DNA from: Cycas panzhihuaensis
Taxonomy: Eukaryota > Plantae > Cycadophyta
Direction: 5' to 3'
Assembly (NCBI GenBank): GCA_023213395.1
Contig: CM041465.1
Span: forward strand, 250,177,741-250,241,740
DNA length: 64,000 nt
Position 1 is the first letter of the stretch; every line of letters starts with the position of its first letter. Below, one piece after another: positions 13,559 to 28,000 of the stretch. Made by a program: the position numbers and the translations under genes. The notes beneath the pieces were generated by a model. The model searched no databases. It was not told the DNA's origin and was given only the letters and a program-made list of their open reading frames with translations.

Positions 13559-14041
13559 TGTAGTGATGCTCATGTATAATAAGATAAGAATGGCAATAAT
13601 TATAATAGAAGATCTCTAAAAAGATAATAAATTCAGTATGCATACATTACATTCATTTCAACAAAGTTTGCCATTCACATAATTGAGTCATCCACGATGT
13701 AACAACAATAATATTCAATAATAATAATATAACATATGAAAATATCCAACAATAGTAATATCCTCTTCAAGGAGATAGGTATCCTCTAATTTGGCATTTT
13801 ATGCCCTAATAGCACAAGGCCATCAGTCTAAAAATTATTCAATTCTCCAAGATGATTTACAAATGAATGAGGCTCCTCTAATTATAACATTCTTTTCTCT
13901 CTCTAAAACCATCTAGTAATTATTCTACTAATTATCTCTCTTAAAAATACCAACTTCATAATAAAAATATATTAGATAATTGTTCCTTAATCTTCTAAAA
14001 AATCAATTTTATCAATTTCTTCCAACTTTTGGGATATAGGA
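13559..14041 (-). repeat. LTR copy 1 (3' LTR) of the tandem element
   Basis: Begins tgtagtg, aligns to 20811-21256 and is followed by the PPT complement. Confidence 0.88.
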
Positions 14042-14779
14042 ACTCTCCCCTCTTAGAAATACTTTGCCATTAAAGTATGGATAGTTGCATGCAAAGCTTG
14101 TTTGGTCTAGCTTTAATCAATGATTCTAACTGCCACTTGCTTATTCTTGTATGCCATAAAAATTGGGTGTAATCTTGTGGCTTTCATTGAAAATTGTTGA
14201 TAAATGATTTGAATTTATAGGTCCTTGATCTTAGGGCCAAGTACATGTTATATCTTATCCTATATTAAAGCGATCTTGGGACCTGTGTGATGCTTCTATT
14301 TTGATTTTGTCTTATATTTGTACATTTTGTCCTCAAGTGACATGCCTCATGGAATAAGATGTAATGAGATGAGAAATTTTCTATGGAAAGTTATGATATA
14401 TGTTAAAGTGACATGTTATCCACTTAGCTCGACTAATGTCAATGTGGTAAATATTGCACAAATATATATCATGTAATAATGTGTTATTATATAAGTTGAC
14501 ATATCTAATATTTGAGATACTTAAAGATCTATTTAAAGGGATCCAAAGTCTATTATACTTTACGGATTTATAATAATATAATAATATATTTTGGTGGTGG
14601 GTTTTTACCACAAGGTTTCCTATGTCAAATCTATTATGTATGCTTGCTCTTTTCCTGTCTATTGTGTATATAAATGATCTACTGTTTATTGATTTCTAAC
14701 ATGGTATTAGAGTACACGGTCATGCACAAATAACAAAGTGTTAGATGAATTGTTAGGATCATTATTACCAGGTAGTGCT

Positions 14780-14882
14780 GACCCTTAGAATAATAGCAAT
14801 AATGTAATGATTATTTTTAAGTGCTAACCCAACCCTTAGAATAGTCATGATAATGTAATGATTATTTTTAAGTATAGCCCAA
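14780..14882. repeat. Two-copy ~51 bp tandem duplication
   Basis: acccttagaata...taatgtaatgattatttttaagt repeated directly. Confidence 0.85.
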
Positions 14883-16125
14883 TTGTCTCCATCTATTATA
14901 TATGTTGTTACATAATTTTTTATACAATATTCTTTTGGGTGTGAAAAGAGAGGACATAGTAAAAGTTGGAATTTCAAAGGTGCTAAATACATTGATAGTG
15001 ATGGTGACTCAGTAAATAGAACCGTAGAAGATATTGTAGTCACATTGGTATGACATAACTAGCCACCAATTGGGTGGAGAGGTTGTTTTTCGAACTTTGA
15101 AGAGCCAGCCACAGTGTTTTTTATGGAAAGAGATGTCTCTGCCATGTGAACTCATAGACGTTGTGGGAGAGACGCTTAGACATAGTTGTAGTTGGAGAAG
15201 GAAGAACTCGTGGTCAAAGCAATCAGATCTATACTTCAATGTTGGTCATAGAAGAAGAGATAGGTTGAATGTCAGAGTCATGGTCTTACTCAGAATTGCC
15301 CAAATCACAGTGAGATCACTAGAAGAAGAGGACACCCATTTGCGTTTCCACAACTTACAGAAATTGTAGAGTTGCATGAAGTCACAACCATATTAAGGTG
15401 CAATGCCCTTCATCACAGTAGGTTATAGACTTGGCAGTCGAGGTAGTTATGGTAATCATGATTGAAGCAGGCATCATTTCGTCAGAATAGCCCTATCTAG
15501 GAGAAAGATTAAAGTCGCCCAATGCATAAACTATGCAGTCGAATATATATCAAGATTGAAGGAGTTCGTAGCGTGGTGAGCAAACGTTACATAGATAAAA
15601 TGGGAGTACGTTGGCCGTAGATGTATAAATATAGACTTAAAGTATTTACAGTGTTGAAACATTTCACTATTACAAAGAGACGTCATTGTAGTCATCGAAG
15701 ATCTACATTTGCATGTCGTTTGGAGTTGTTGGAACCATTTTTTGTTATCATACAAATGTCGATTGGTTGCGAGAGAGATTGTTGGAAGACGAAGATGCAA
15801 CCATTGTAAACCATTATGCAGGTTCACCGAAGATATTTTACACAAGTCATCATATTATTTACCATCTCACGAGGTATTTTGATCAAGTATTTCATCTTTG
15901 AACAAAGTCATTTGCTTTATATTTGAAGTCCCCATGAAATATATTTGATCGCCATCATGTTTATTATGTAATGATATATCATAATTGGCAATGTTGTTTA
16001 AAGTCACCTTGAGTTGAACTAGTATATTAAGTGGCTTTTCTCAAGTTAAGTGACCTTTGATATATTAAGTCGTCTCTTTTGATATCATTGAAAGAGATGC
16101 GACGTATTAATATTGTAAGTGGATG

Positions 16126-16126
<1 letters not shown>

Positions 16127-16217
<91 letters not shown>

Positions 16218-16290
16218 AGAATTTTTAATTTGATGGTAATTATACTTTGTATAAGTGGTGTACAATATATATATATATATATATATATAT
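16127..16290. repeat. (TA)n microsatellites (16127-16214 and ~16265-16290)
   Basis: Pure TA runs seen directly. Confidence 0.97.
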
Positions 16291-19200
16291 TGAGACTTGG
16301 CTTTCTTTGTTGGATGAGTATATTATTGTATTTATTGTATGTGATAGTTATTTCAATACATTTTTCATTGCTTGATAAAATAGCATATTATTGAGATGAT
16401 GTATGCTGAGTAATTGGGTGAGTAAATGATGTTATATTGATCATTGCATTTATTACAAAGTGGTGATTTATTTTATACAATGGTATTTTATTCATTTATA
16501 TCAGTGTTTTTTTACATTAGACTTGTGAAGTGAAGTGTTCAGGTTTGTTCTTTTAGTAGTCTATTAGCTTATTTTATAAGTGGTTATTGGTGAACCTTTA
16601 TACTTTAGGTGGTTGAACAGATAGTAGTATGGGGAATATTTCCCATCAGAAGTTAGTTCAACATTAGTGCATCTCTAAATAAGTCTAATATGTTTGACAG
16701 ATTTTGTGAATGGAAAGTTTATATTGAAAATAAATATAATAATGGAAAAGAGAATGACAATGATGTCTTTAATCAATTCTACTTTGATCATAGTATTAAA
16801 CAGGATTTGATTGTCTTATACACCACACAACACAATGGTGTTATAGAGAGGAAGAACCATACCATGATAAATATGGTGAGGTGTATGGTACATTGCAAGA
16901 ATCTACCTCATATGTTTTGGGTAGAAGTTATTGCAACAACTATTTACATTTTGAATAGGGTACCTACTAAGACTATTCATGGCATTACCCCCAAAGAATA
17001 TTAGACCAGTAAAAAACCTTCTATTAATTATTTTAAGGTATTTAGGTGCATTATATATACACGTATTTCAAATGCACATTGAAAGAAGTTGGATTGTAAG
17101 AGTTTGAAGTGCAATTTTTAGAGGTACTCACAAAAGAGTAAAGCTTACAGACTTTGAGATTCACATGGGAAGAAATTTTTGGTTAGTTGAGATGTTAAGT
17201 TTGATGAGATAATGATGTATAATATTGAGGGGTTATTTGAAGATATATTTTATCCTCCACTTCTTCCCTTTCCAAGTCATGGTTCAATAGGTATAGAGGT
17301 CAATGAGCCTAACATTATGTTAGAAACAAAAGTAAGACCTAGTAGGAGTAATGATGAGGAGTTGTTGCAAGAAGAGATAACATCCCATGTTCCATTATAG
17401 GATAGGAAGACCATTAAGGACTTTAGTGTGATCATTGAAGATCTAGAAGATAGTCAGAGAACAAGGAGTTAACATGCTGGCCAAACTTTGGTGGTGGGCA
17501 CCAATAATTCTAATGATCCCATTTGATTTGAAGAAGCGAAAAAAGATTTGTGATGGAAAACTATGATAGAGGAGGAATATAATTCACTAATGAAGAATGA
17601 TGCATGGAATTTGGTTCTATTACCTCACTCCAAGAGCTTGGTCAATTGTGAGTGGATCTATAAGGACAAAGTATTACTTTAATAGATAGGTAGATAAGTA
17701 TATGGCTAGACTTGTTGCAAAGGGTTTCAAACAAAAAGAAGGAATTGACAATGATGAAACATTTACACTAGTATCTAAGATGTTTATGGTCTGATTGATC
17801 ATTGTTTTAGCAACTATATATAATTGGGAGTTATATCAAATAAATGTGAAGTAAGTATTCCTTAACAAAGACTTAAAAGAGGAGATCTACATTACTCAAC
17901 CTCTTAGTTTCATCAAGGAAAAGGTTGAGTACCAATGAGTAAATGTTGGTGTGAGGGAAGTTATATGGTTGTAGGTACTTTTGTAGACAAAGAATTTAGA
18001 ATTTCATGCATATACAAAGCACATCAAAATTCAGTACCATTATATCTGTGAGCATATCAAATCAAAGAAGTTGTAGGTTGAGTTTTACCCAAGTGAAGAA
18101 CAACTTGTGGATATATTTACCAAATCTCTTACTGAAGACCACTTTATTACAATTCATGCAAATTTGGGACTTATTGAAGTTATTCTTAAGGGGGGATCTA
18201 TCAATAAGGATAAAGAGAAAGGTTAACCTCTAGAAAGACTCCAAGACCCTACATTTACATTAAGGAGGGATGTTAAAGTGGCAAGTTGTCCACTTAACTC
18301 GATTAATGTTAATGTGGTAAATATTGTGTAAATACATATGATATGATAATATGTTATTATATAAGCTGACAGATGTAATATCAATATAATATTTGAAGTA
18401 CTTATGAATCTATTTAAAGGGATTCAAAATCCATTGTACTTTAAAAATTTGTAACAATATAATAATATATTTCTGTGATGGATTTTTATTGCAAGATTTT
18501 CCATATCAAATCTACCTTGTGTGTTTGCTCTTTTCCTCTCTCTTGTATACATAAATGATGTGTTGCTTGTTAATTTCTAACAATATGGTTTTGACAGTCT
18601 AAAGAAGAATTGATCATAAGGATCATAGATTAATGATTACTTACAGTAAGAGAGAGTGGGAGAAGTAGAGTTATGGGGAGGATTAGCTATAAAATCAAAA
18701 GTATAGGAAAACAAAATGAAAAACCTATTACATAAAAAGTCTGAGGCTTATAATTTTATTCAAATAGAGGCAGGGACTAGAAAGATATTAGTTAGATCAC
18801 TAGAATTTTCTGTGGAAAAAGATAAATGTAGGATCAATGATAGACGCTCTTTATAAGATAAATATTTTAATGGTGTTGAAAAATAGAGGTAGCACTATAT
18901 GAAGGATTTAATAGAAAAAAATAATATTGGTATAGAATTGTGGGGGTTTTAGATAGATAAGATAAGTTTTTTTAAGGGGTAATCATAGTATGAAGAGATG
19001 AAATTTGATGAAGTGAGGATTGAAGATTTAAAATATCTAGTTGAGAAATATCTTTAATGGATGAAGTAACATCTAAATATAGAATTAAGCTAGGGTTGTA
19101 AGAGGGAATTGGGATTTGTCTTATGAAGAAACTAGAGTTAAGGGAATTAAGGGTTTGGCCAACTATGGAATATGGGAAAGAGGGTTTTTTACAGCTACTA

Positions 19201-20810
19201 GGTGTAGAAATGAGAGAGAACATATGAAACTACCAAATAAGATATGCATGCACAAAACAAGATTAAGAACCATGTCGAGTAGCTTGTGGGGTTTTCTTGG
19301 TTGTTTAGTCTTTTCTACATCTTGCATAAGTTCCTCCTTAATCTCTTCCTTGGTTTAAACTAACATCTCACTAGATTCTTTTACAAACGATCAATCATCT
19401 CATACTTCATGTCTTCAATGTTGTTGTATTATTGCTCTTGAATTGATTCTCCTTAATGCTCTTGTGATGTTCTATGGATCCCTTTATCAATAGTTGGTTC
19501 TTCCTCTTTTGTTATCAGTTTGTGTAGTAGTTCTAATTCTTTGGCAACTTTCTTGTGATTTTTTTTTTTGGGTTCTCATTGACACCATTATCTCGAGCTG
19601 GGTTCATTTCTTCATTTTGATCCCACTATATAGATGTTATGCTAAAATCTCTATTAAACTAATGCCATTTATTAAATAATTTTATTTTTTTAGACCAATC
19701 TTCATACCATCGATGAGCTTCTCGCCTCAAGTGGTATTGAATACTTAGTCCATAATCCTTGAACTTTGTATCTGGTGTGAGTCCACAATATGAGTTGACA
19801 TGTTGAAGCTATTTTGTAGCTATTATGCTTTCCCCTAAGGCGAATGATTAAATTCTTTAAATTTTCTATATTAAGCACAAGTTTTATTACATCCATTTCA
19901 GTAACTCCTTTAATTTTGTTAAATATTTTTTCTTTAATCAAGTTGTCATTTTTTAATTTTATTTTTCTAATAAAATGTTGCAGCTTTATGGATTAAAATC
20001 TACATCAAGGATTGATCAAGACTATACTATACAACCATTTAAATCGATCATCTCTTAACTAAGATTCCAATAGTTTAAATGAAGCTAAAATCTGGCACCT
20101 GTAGCAAGAATTATGAATGAAACTGTCTAAGTACCCTCTTTTGAAAATAAAACACAAATAACAACTTTTTCTCTACTAACCTAAATTAAGTGATTCATTT
20201 TTTTAAGTGGAAAGAACTTTAAAACATATCCAATGGGCTTGGTTTAAGGTGATTTTGAGCTTCATAGCTCTTATAGTTGCTCCCACAAATTGGGTAAAAA
20301 TTTGAATTTAAGGTAACAATAATATTTTCCACTAAAATAACAATAACTTTTAAACTAGATCTCCAAATTAAAAATTTATTTTTTCTAAGTAATTTATGGT
20401 TTTAGCCACATCAATTTTATAAAAAATTAAGGTTGCTTACATACCTATAGTAATTGTTATGACCCTTTTAATGTGGATCATAAGTTAGGGTTTCTGAGAA
20501 CTATAACATTACTTGTTACTAATATGCTGATAATGTTTTACTCTAATATTCAATGGATCTGAAACTACTTCAATCAAGCACATGTAATAAAAGTTATGGC
20601 CATTTAAAGTTATAGTAGTAGATTTTAAGCCCTAAAAACAATAATAAACAACAAATTAAAACTAAATTTCCTATAATTTTATAATTTTGCTCTAAAACTT
20701 ATGGTATAACCACTTAAAATTTGTAGTGCAGGCCCGATCAACTTAAATTTATGATTACTTTTCTAAATTTTTTTAGTTTACACTCTAAAGAATGAAGCTC
20801 TAATATTAAT

Positions 20811-21256
20811 TGTAGCAGTGCCATTCATTGTAGTTGAAGATCTCCAAAAAGATAATAAATTCAACATGCATACATCACGTTCATTACAACAGAGTTTACC
20901 ATTCATAGAATGGAGTCATCCATAATATAACAACAATAATATTCAATAATAATAATATAACATATGAAAATATCTAGTAGCAGTAATACCCTCTTTGAAG
21001 TGAGGGGTGTCCTCCAATTTGACACAATGTGCCATAGTGGTGTAAGGCCATTAGTCTAGAAATTATTTAATTCTCCAAAATGATTGACAAATGAATGAGG
21101 CTCTTTTATTTATAGCCTTCTTTTCTCTCTCTAAAACCATTTACTAATTATCTCTTCTAAAAATACCAATTTTATAATAAAAATATATTAGATGATTCTT
21201 CCTAATCTTCTTAAAAACCAATTTCATCAACTTTTTCTAATTTTTGGAACACAACA
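20811..21256 (-). repeat. LTR copy 2 (shared middle LTR) of the tandem element
   Basis: tgtagcagtg...ggaacacaaca, with a PBS complement on its left and a PPT complement on its right. Confidence 0.9.
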
Positions 21257-24076
21257 ACTCTCTCCCCCTTGAAACACTTCATCCTTAAAGTATATATTGT
21301 TGTATGAAAAGCTTAATTTGTCTAGTTTTGATCGATCGTTCTAACTGCCACTTGCTAATTCATGGATGTTATAAAAATTGGGTCAAATCTTATGGCTTCT
21401 ATTAAAAATTATTTAAGAGTGACTTGAATTTGTAGATGCTTGATCTTAGGACGGGGCACATGTTGCATCTTGTCCTATATTAAAGCAATCCAAGGATTTG
21501 TATGGTGCCTCTCATGTTTATTCTTGATCTTGCTTTATATTTACATATTTGGTCCTCAAATGACATGCCTCATTGAATGAGAGGTGATGAGAATACTAAT
21601 AAATTTTGTGCAAATGTTATGATGTGGTGTTAGGAGTCTAAAGAAAAATTAATCATAAGGATCATGGGTTGTTGATTACTTAAGGTAAGAGAGAGTGAGA
21701 GAAGTGGGGTTGTGAGGGATGATCAACCATAAATTTGAAGGCATAGAAAAAAGAGATGAAAATATATGCTATAAGAAGTATATGAGGCTTGAAAATTTGT
21801 TTAAATATATATATAGGGATGAGAAATATGTAGGTTAGACCACTAGATTTTTTTGTGAGAAAAGACAAATGTGGGATCAATGATAGATGCTCTTTATAGG
21901 ATAAAGATTTTAATTGGTGTTCGAAATTGGGGTAGAATTATATAAAAGATTTAATGGAAAAAGAAAATGTTCGTATGTGGGGGTTCCAAGCAGATAAGAT
22001 GAGTTTTTATAAGGGGTAATCATAGTACTAAGAGATGACATCTGATAACATGAAGATTGAAGGTTTAGAATATCCATCTGAGAAATGTCTCTAAGGAATG
22101 AAGAAACATATAAACATAGAATTACGTTAGGATTGTAAAAGGGGATTGGGATTTGTCCTATAAAGAAACTAGAGTTAAGGAGATTAGGGCTTTGACCAAC
22201 TATGCGATAGGAAAAAAAGGGTTTCTCTATAACTACTAATGAAATATGCATGTACAAATAAGATTAAGAACCATGTCAAGTACCTTATGGGGTCTGCTCG
22301 ATTGTCTAACTTCCTCTACATTATACACATAGCCCCCTTAGATCTCTTCTTTAGTCTAAGTTAACATCTCATTAGATTCTTCTACAAAATGATCAATCAT
22401 CCCCTACTTTGTGTCTTCAATTTTGTTGTGTTGTTGCTCCTAAATTGATTCTCCTTTATGTTCTTACAATGTTCGCTAGATCTCTTTATTAATAGTCGAT
22501 TCTTCTTCTTTTATTATCCCTTCATGTATCGACTTTGATTCTTTGGCAACGTTTTTGTGATAAAATTCTTTTAGGTTCTCACTAACATCATTATTTTGAT
22601 CTAGGTTCATTTCTTCATCCTAATCACATTAGATAGATGCTATACTAAAATATCTTTTAAACTAATACTATTTATTAATTTTTTTTTTCAAACCAATCTT
22701 CATACCATTGACAAACTTCCCCCCTTAAGCAATATTGAATACTTGGTCCATAATCATCAAACTTTGTATCTAATATGGGTCTACAATATGTGTTGACATG
22801 TTAAAGACATTACGTAGTTGTTATACCTCCTCTAGGGGTAAATGGTTGATTTTTTTAAATTTTCTATATTAAGCATAATTTTTGTTGTATTTGCTCATTC
22901 TACTGAAGATTTTTCCTCTAACCAAGTTGTCATGTTTTTCTTCCCAACAAAAATTATAACTTCATGGATTAAAATTCATATTAAGGACTGATAAAACTAT
23001 ACCATGCAACTGTTTAAATTGATAATCTCTTATGGATGAAAACATCCAAGTACTCCCTTTTGAAAATAAAACAAAAATGACAACTTTTTCTCAACTAACC
23101 CAAATTAAGTTATTCTTTTTTCTAAGTGGAAAGAACTTTAAAACATCTCTAATGGGTTTAGTTTGAGATGATTTGAAGTTTTGTAGCTCTTGTAGTAGCC
23201 TCCACAAATTGAATAAAGATCTAAAATTTAGGGTAGTAGTAGTACCCTCCACTAAAATAGCAATAACTTTTGAACTAGATTTCTAAATTTTTTTTTTTGT
23301 AATTTATGCTTCAAGCCATACCAATTTAAAAATAAAAATTGAGATCATTTGGATACCTATAGCAATTGTTATGCCCCTTTTAATATGGCTTATAATTAGG
23401 GTTTATAAAGATTATAGTAGAACTTGTTATTAAAATGTTGATAACCTTTTTCTTCAATATCCAATGAATCTAAAATGACTTCCAATAGAAAGTAGATGTT
23501 AAAACATATAAATTCGAAGAAACATTGAGGTCAATCAGACACATGTAACGAAAGTTATGGTCATTTAAAATTTTAGTAGTGGATTTTAGGCCTTGAAAAC
23601 ATTGATGGATAGTAAGTCAAAATTAAATTTCTTGCAATTTTTACAATTTTGCTCTAAAATCTATAGTATAACCACTCAAAATTTATAGAATAAGCTAAGT
23701 TGACTTAAATTTATGACTATTTTTTTAAAATCCTTTCATTTATACTCTAAAAAATAAAGTTATGATATTAATTATAGTGGTGCCCATTCATAATAAGATA
23801 GAAATGGTAATAATTGTAGCATAAAAGCTCTAAAAAAAAAAGTATGTATACATTACATTTATGATCCAGGAGGATCTACCATATGTTTACAGGATGCGGA
23901 GAATGCTAGGCATTGGTATAACTGAAAGAGATATGGCCAAATGGTATCAAAATTATATGAAATTTTGTGTAAAGGTAGAAGACATATCCCACTACATGTG
24001 TATAAAAGGTGGGGTTCAGAAAATATCATTTGATTAGAGTTCAAGCCTTGTTTTGCATAAAATTAATCCCACAGTT

Positions 24077-24468
24077 AACAGAAAAAAATAGCAAGTACAT
24101 ATTATCATTAAATGAATAAAAATACAGTCAAATGATATCTAAATGAGCTAAAATTTTTAGGAAGCAGAGGAGACATGTGTTTCTATATGTATACCAAATT
24201 TGTGTTGAATTGAAGTCTGTTAAGGTTAGTTACAAGCCACAACTTTTAAGAATTTCATGAAGGCCACTTGGACAACAGAAAAATAGCAGATACATATTAT
24301 CATTAAATGAATAAAAATGAAGCTAAATGAAATCCAAATAAGTTAAATTTTGAGGAAGTAGAGGGGACATGCGTTCCTATCCTTGTACCAAATTTGAGCC
24401 AAATTAGAGTCGGTTAAGATTAGTTACAAGCTGTAACTTTTTAAGAATTGCATGAAGGCCACTTGTAC
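24077..24468 (+). repeat. Two-copy ~197 bp tandem repeat within the CRM-like LTR (also in the 3' LTR, ~29767-30160)
   Basis: aacagaaaa..atagca...catgaaggccacttg repeated at 24077 and 24274. Confidence 0.9.
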
Positions 24469-24919
24469 AACATGCATTATGGTGGTTAGTAGTTATACTT
24501 GCATGATTGCCACTTGTTAAACATGCAATTTTGGTTTCTTTCTATAAATTGAGCCCTATTACAGGTTGGAGAGGTGGTTCTTGGAGACTTGACTTGGGAA
24601 GCATCCTTGGAGAAGCATTTTGGAGGGTTGGATTTCCCCTTATGGTATAATTATATCATTTATTCCTTGTAATTTTACCATTCTTTTGCTAGCTAATTTC
24701 TCCACCATTAAATGGAGATTTTCATAGTTTAATAAAAGTATTACTCCTCATTCTTTTGGATCAATGTCAAGAATAAATGATTTGGTGTAGAATTTCCTTT
24801 CATGGGCTCATTGTTGTTTTGATGTTATTGAGATTTCTACACTAACTCCCAGGATCTCAAGGAGAAAAGGTTGATAATTAACTTCTTCACCAACTAAGCT
24901 TTATTTTGGGATCATATTT

Positions 24920-24932
24920 TGGTATCAGAGCC
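24920..24932 (+). other. Primer-binding site complementary to the tRNA-iMet 3' end
   Basis: tggtatcagagcc, 5 nt after the LTR end. Confidence 0.95.
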
Positions 24933-25047
24933 TATGATCTTTGTTGTAGGGACTTGAATGGTATAAACAAGGAAAGGATACAAAGAGAAAGGTGAAGACT
25001 TTCTTGTATTGCAATCACCAAGAAGACAAAGAAAGAATCCAAGCACC

Positions 25048-28000
25048 ATGGCTAAAAAAGAAGATGGAGAAATTAGATTTGAAAAGCTTGATAAGAACAT
25101 AGAAGCCTTGATGTAAATGATGACCCAACTTCTACCTCTAGTTAAAGGAAAAGGCAAAGAGAAGGAAGTTGAAGGAGGATCTACATATGACCACAACCAT
25201 GAAGAGGAAGAGGAGGAGACCTTAAAGCACTCTTTTGAAGAAAGCAAGGGTACTTCATCGCATCAACCCTTTAAGGTGGAGGCAAAGTTAGATATTCCAA
25301 CTTATGATGGAAAGGTAAATGCTGAAAAGTTGGACCATTGGTTGGATCAACTTGAAACCTACTTCACAATTTATGCTTATAGTAATGCTCAAAAGCTTTC
25401 ATTTGCTAGGCTTAAGTTGTGTAAACATGCATTGACATGGTGGAATGCATATTTGAAGACTCATGATGTATCTTCTTTTTCATGGATGGATTTTAAGAAA
25501 ATAATAAAGAAGCAATACTACCCCATAGGTCATGAGGAAGACCAATGGGTCACTTGGCAATATTTATGCCAAGGGAGAGGTGTATGTGTCCAAGACTATA
25601 CTTCTTTATTTTTTAGGAATGGCATACTACTTGGTATTAATATGGATGAACATATCACTCTTATGAAATTCATTGGAGGATTACATGAATATATAAGGAA
25701 GGAACTAAGGCTTTTTAAGGTTCAATCCATTGGAGAAGCAAGTAGAATGGCTATGGCAATAGAAAGTACAAGCAAGAAATCTACATTCATGTCTAAAGAT
25801 TCTACTTCTACTTCTAATAAGTATGAAAAGAATCCTAAATTGCACTCATCTAAAAGGCAAGAAAGAAAGAAGAAAAGAACTAATTTTGTTAAAAGTTCTA
25901 ACTATTGTGAGCATTGTGATATTAGTGGTCATATTACAACAAAGTGTTAGAAGTTGCATCCAGAGCTAAAGCCAAAGCATATCAAGGATATATAATTAAG
26001 AAAGAAGGAAAAAGGAAAAGCACTACTTTCTGAGGTGGAGATTCAAAGTGAAGGAGAAGAAGAGAAGGTTACGCTACTTACAAATTATGAAGATGATGCT
26101 ACAAGGGAGGAACTATTTCACTTGAAGCTTCAAGTAGGAAATAGTATTATTGTTGCCATTATAGATCTGGGGAGCCAAAAGAATTTGATCTCAGAAAGTT
26201 TGGTAAAGAGTATTAGGTTGGTAACTACTCCTCACCCTCACCCATATCATCTTGGTTAGATCCATAAAGATGTGGAAATGCAAATATCAAAGCAATGTAC
26301 ACTTAAATTTTCCATCACTAATGATTTTGTCGATGAAGTAATATGTGATGTAGTGCCATTAGATGTATGCCATGTTGTGCTTGGGAGTCCCTACTTGTGG
26401 GACCGAGATGCACTCTTCTATCGAAGGGAGAGAAAGTATCAGTTGATGAAGGATAATAAGGGCTTCATCATAAAGGCCATAAAGAAGCACTTGGATAAGA
26501 TAGCATTAATTTTAGCTACTCAAGCAAAAAGGATGATCAATGCATGTGGTAAATTCATCATCTTAATGGTAAGGAGAAAAGAAGAGCCAGGAGATGAAGA
26601 AGATCCTTCTACTTACACTCTTCTTATATCACCTAAACAAATGTAACAAATTAAGGAGTTAAAGACAAGGTATGATATTCTATTTCAATATGTTGATGGG
26701 CTACCACTAAAGAGAAAGATAGAGCATGAAATCACTCTTGTAGGAGATGCACCATTGCCTAATGTTGCTTTGTATAGGCACTCCATTGTAGAATATAATG
26801 AGATAAAGAGGCAAGTTGAGGAGTTGCTTAATCAAGGGGTCATAAGACCTTCATGTTTACCTTGTGGGTCACCAATTGTCTTGGTGCCTAAGAAGGATGG
26901 AGGATGGATAATATGTATAGAATTTCATGCTTTGAATAAAATTACAATTAAAAATCGCTACCCTTTGCCTTGCATAGATGATTTGCTTGATCAAATTCAG
27001 CATGCTTGTTATTTCACTAAATTGGATTTGAAAAGCAGTTATCACCAAGTTAGGGTCAAGGAGGAGGACACATGGAAGACAGCCTTCAAAACAAAGCAAG
27101 GACTCTTTGAATGGATGATTATGCCTTTCAGATTGTGTAATGCTCCTATAACATTCATGAGGCTAATGAATGAAATGTTAAGGCCTTACTTGGATAATTT
27201 TGTTGTTGTCTATCTTGATGACATTTTGATTTTTAGCAACACATGGGAGGAATATTTGTAATACATAGAAGAAGTTTTAAAGACTATGGCTAAGCATCAT
27301 TTGAAGCTTAATATGAAGAAGTGTGAATTTAGTAAGGAGAACTTGATCTTCTTAGGCTTTGTGGTTGGAGGAGGAAAGTTAAGCATCGATCCAATCAAAA
27401 CTCAAGCCATCCTCAAATGGCCTAGGCCAACAAACATCACAGAGGTGAGAAGTTTTTAAGGAGCTTGTCAATACTTGAGAAAGTTTATTCTTCATTTCTA
27501 ATAGGTTGTAGCACCTCTACATGGATTAACAAAATCTAGTAAAAAGTTTACTTGGGGTTCCAAGGAGGAAGAAGCTTTTCTTCTTTTAAAGAAGAAAATT
27601 TATGAAGTACCAGTTTTGGCAATGCCAAATTTGCAAAGGCCTTTTGAAGTAGAAGCTGATGCAAGTGGAAATGAGATGGGAGTTGTCCTTATTCAATATG
27701 GGAAGCTTATTTCTTATCATTCGGAAGTCTTCACCCCTCAAGTGAAGAACTACCCAACATATGATCAAGAAATATTCGCACTTCATCAAGCATGCAAGCA
27801 TTGGAGGTCATACTTACTCAGAAAAGAGGTTGTAGTTCATACCGATCATAAGCCTCTTTAATTTTTATAAACCCAAAGTAAATTACAATAAGCAAGACAC
27901 ATGAAGTGGATGAGTTATTTATAATAATTCAATATTGTAATTAAGTACAAAAAGGGATATAATAATAAAATTATTGATATGTTATCTAGACTACCTTATT

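Larger units (their letters stand above)
14401..18582 (+). mobile_element. Non-autonomous or internally deleted copia-type element (4.2 kb) nested in tandem unit 1
   Basis: LTRs 14401-14701 and 18271-18582 (tgttaaagtg...ttctaaca). PBS tggtattagag at 14702. PPT aaggaggga before 18271. TSD atata/atatg, with the empty site visible in unit 2 at ~21620. Integrase ORF 16690-17004 (YTTQHNGVIERKNHT..MVRCM..FWVE) and RT/RNase H fragments at 17520-18180. Confidence 0.92.

Noticed and set aside
14765-15901. Cluster of short overlapping ORFs on both strands
   Set aside because: No motifs; consistent with chance ORFs in a slightly GC-richer element leader.
16119-16394. 91-aa ORF with IY run (similarly 37446-37637 and 58673-58948)
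   Set aside because: Driven by microsatellite; no protein signal.
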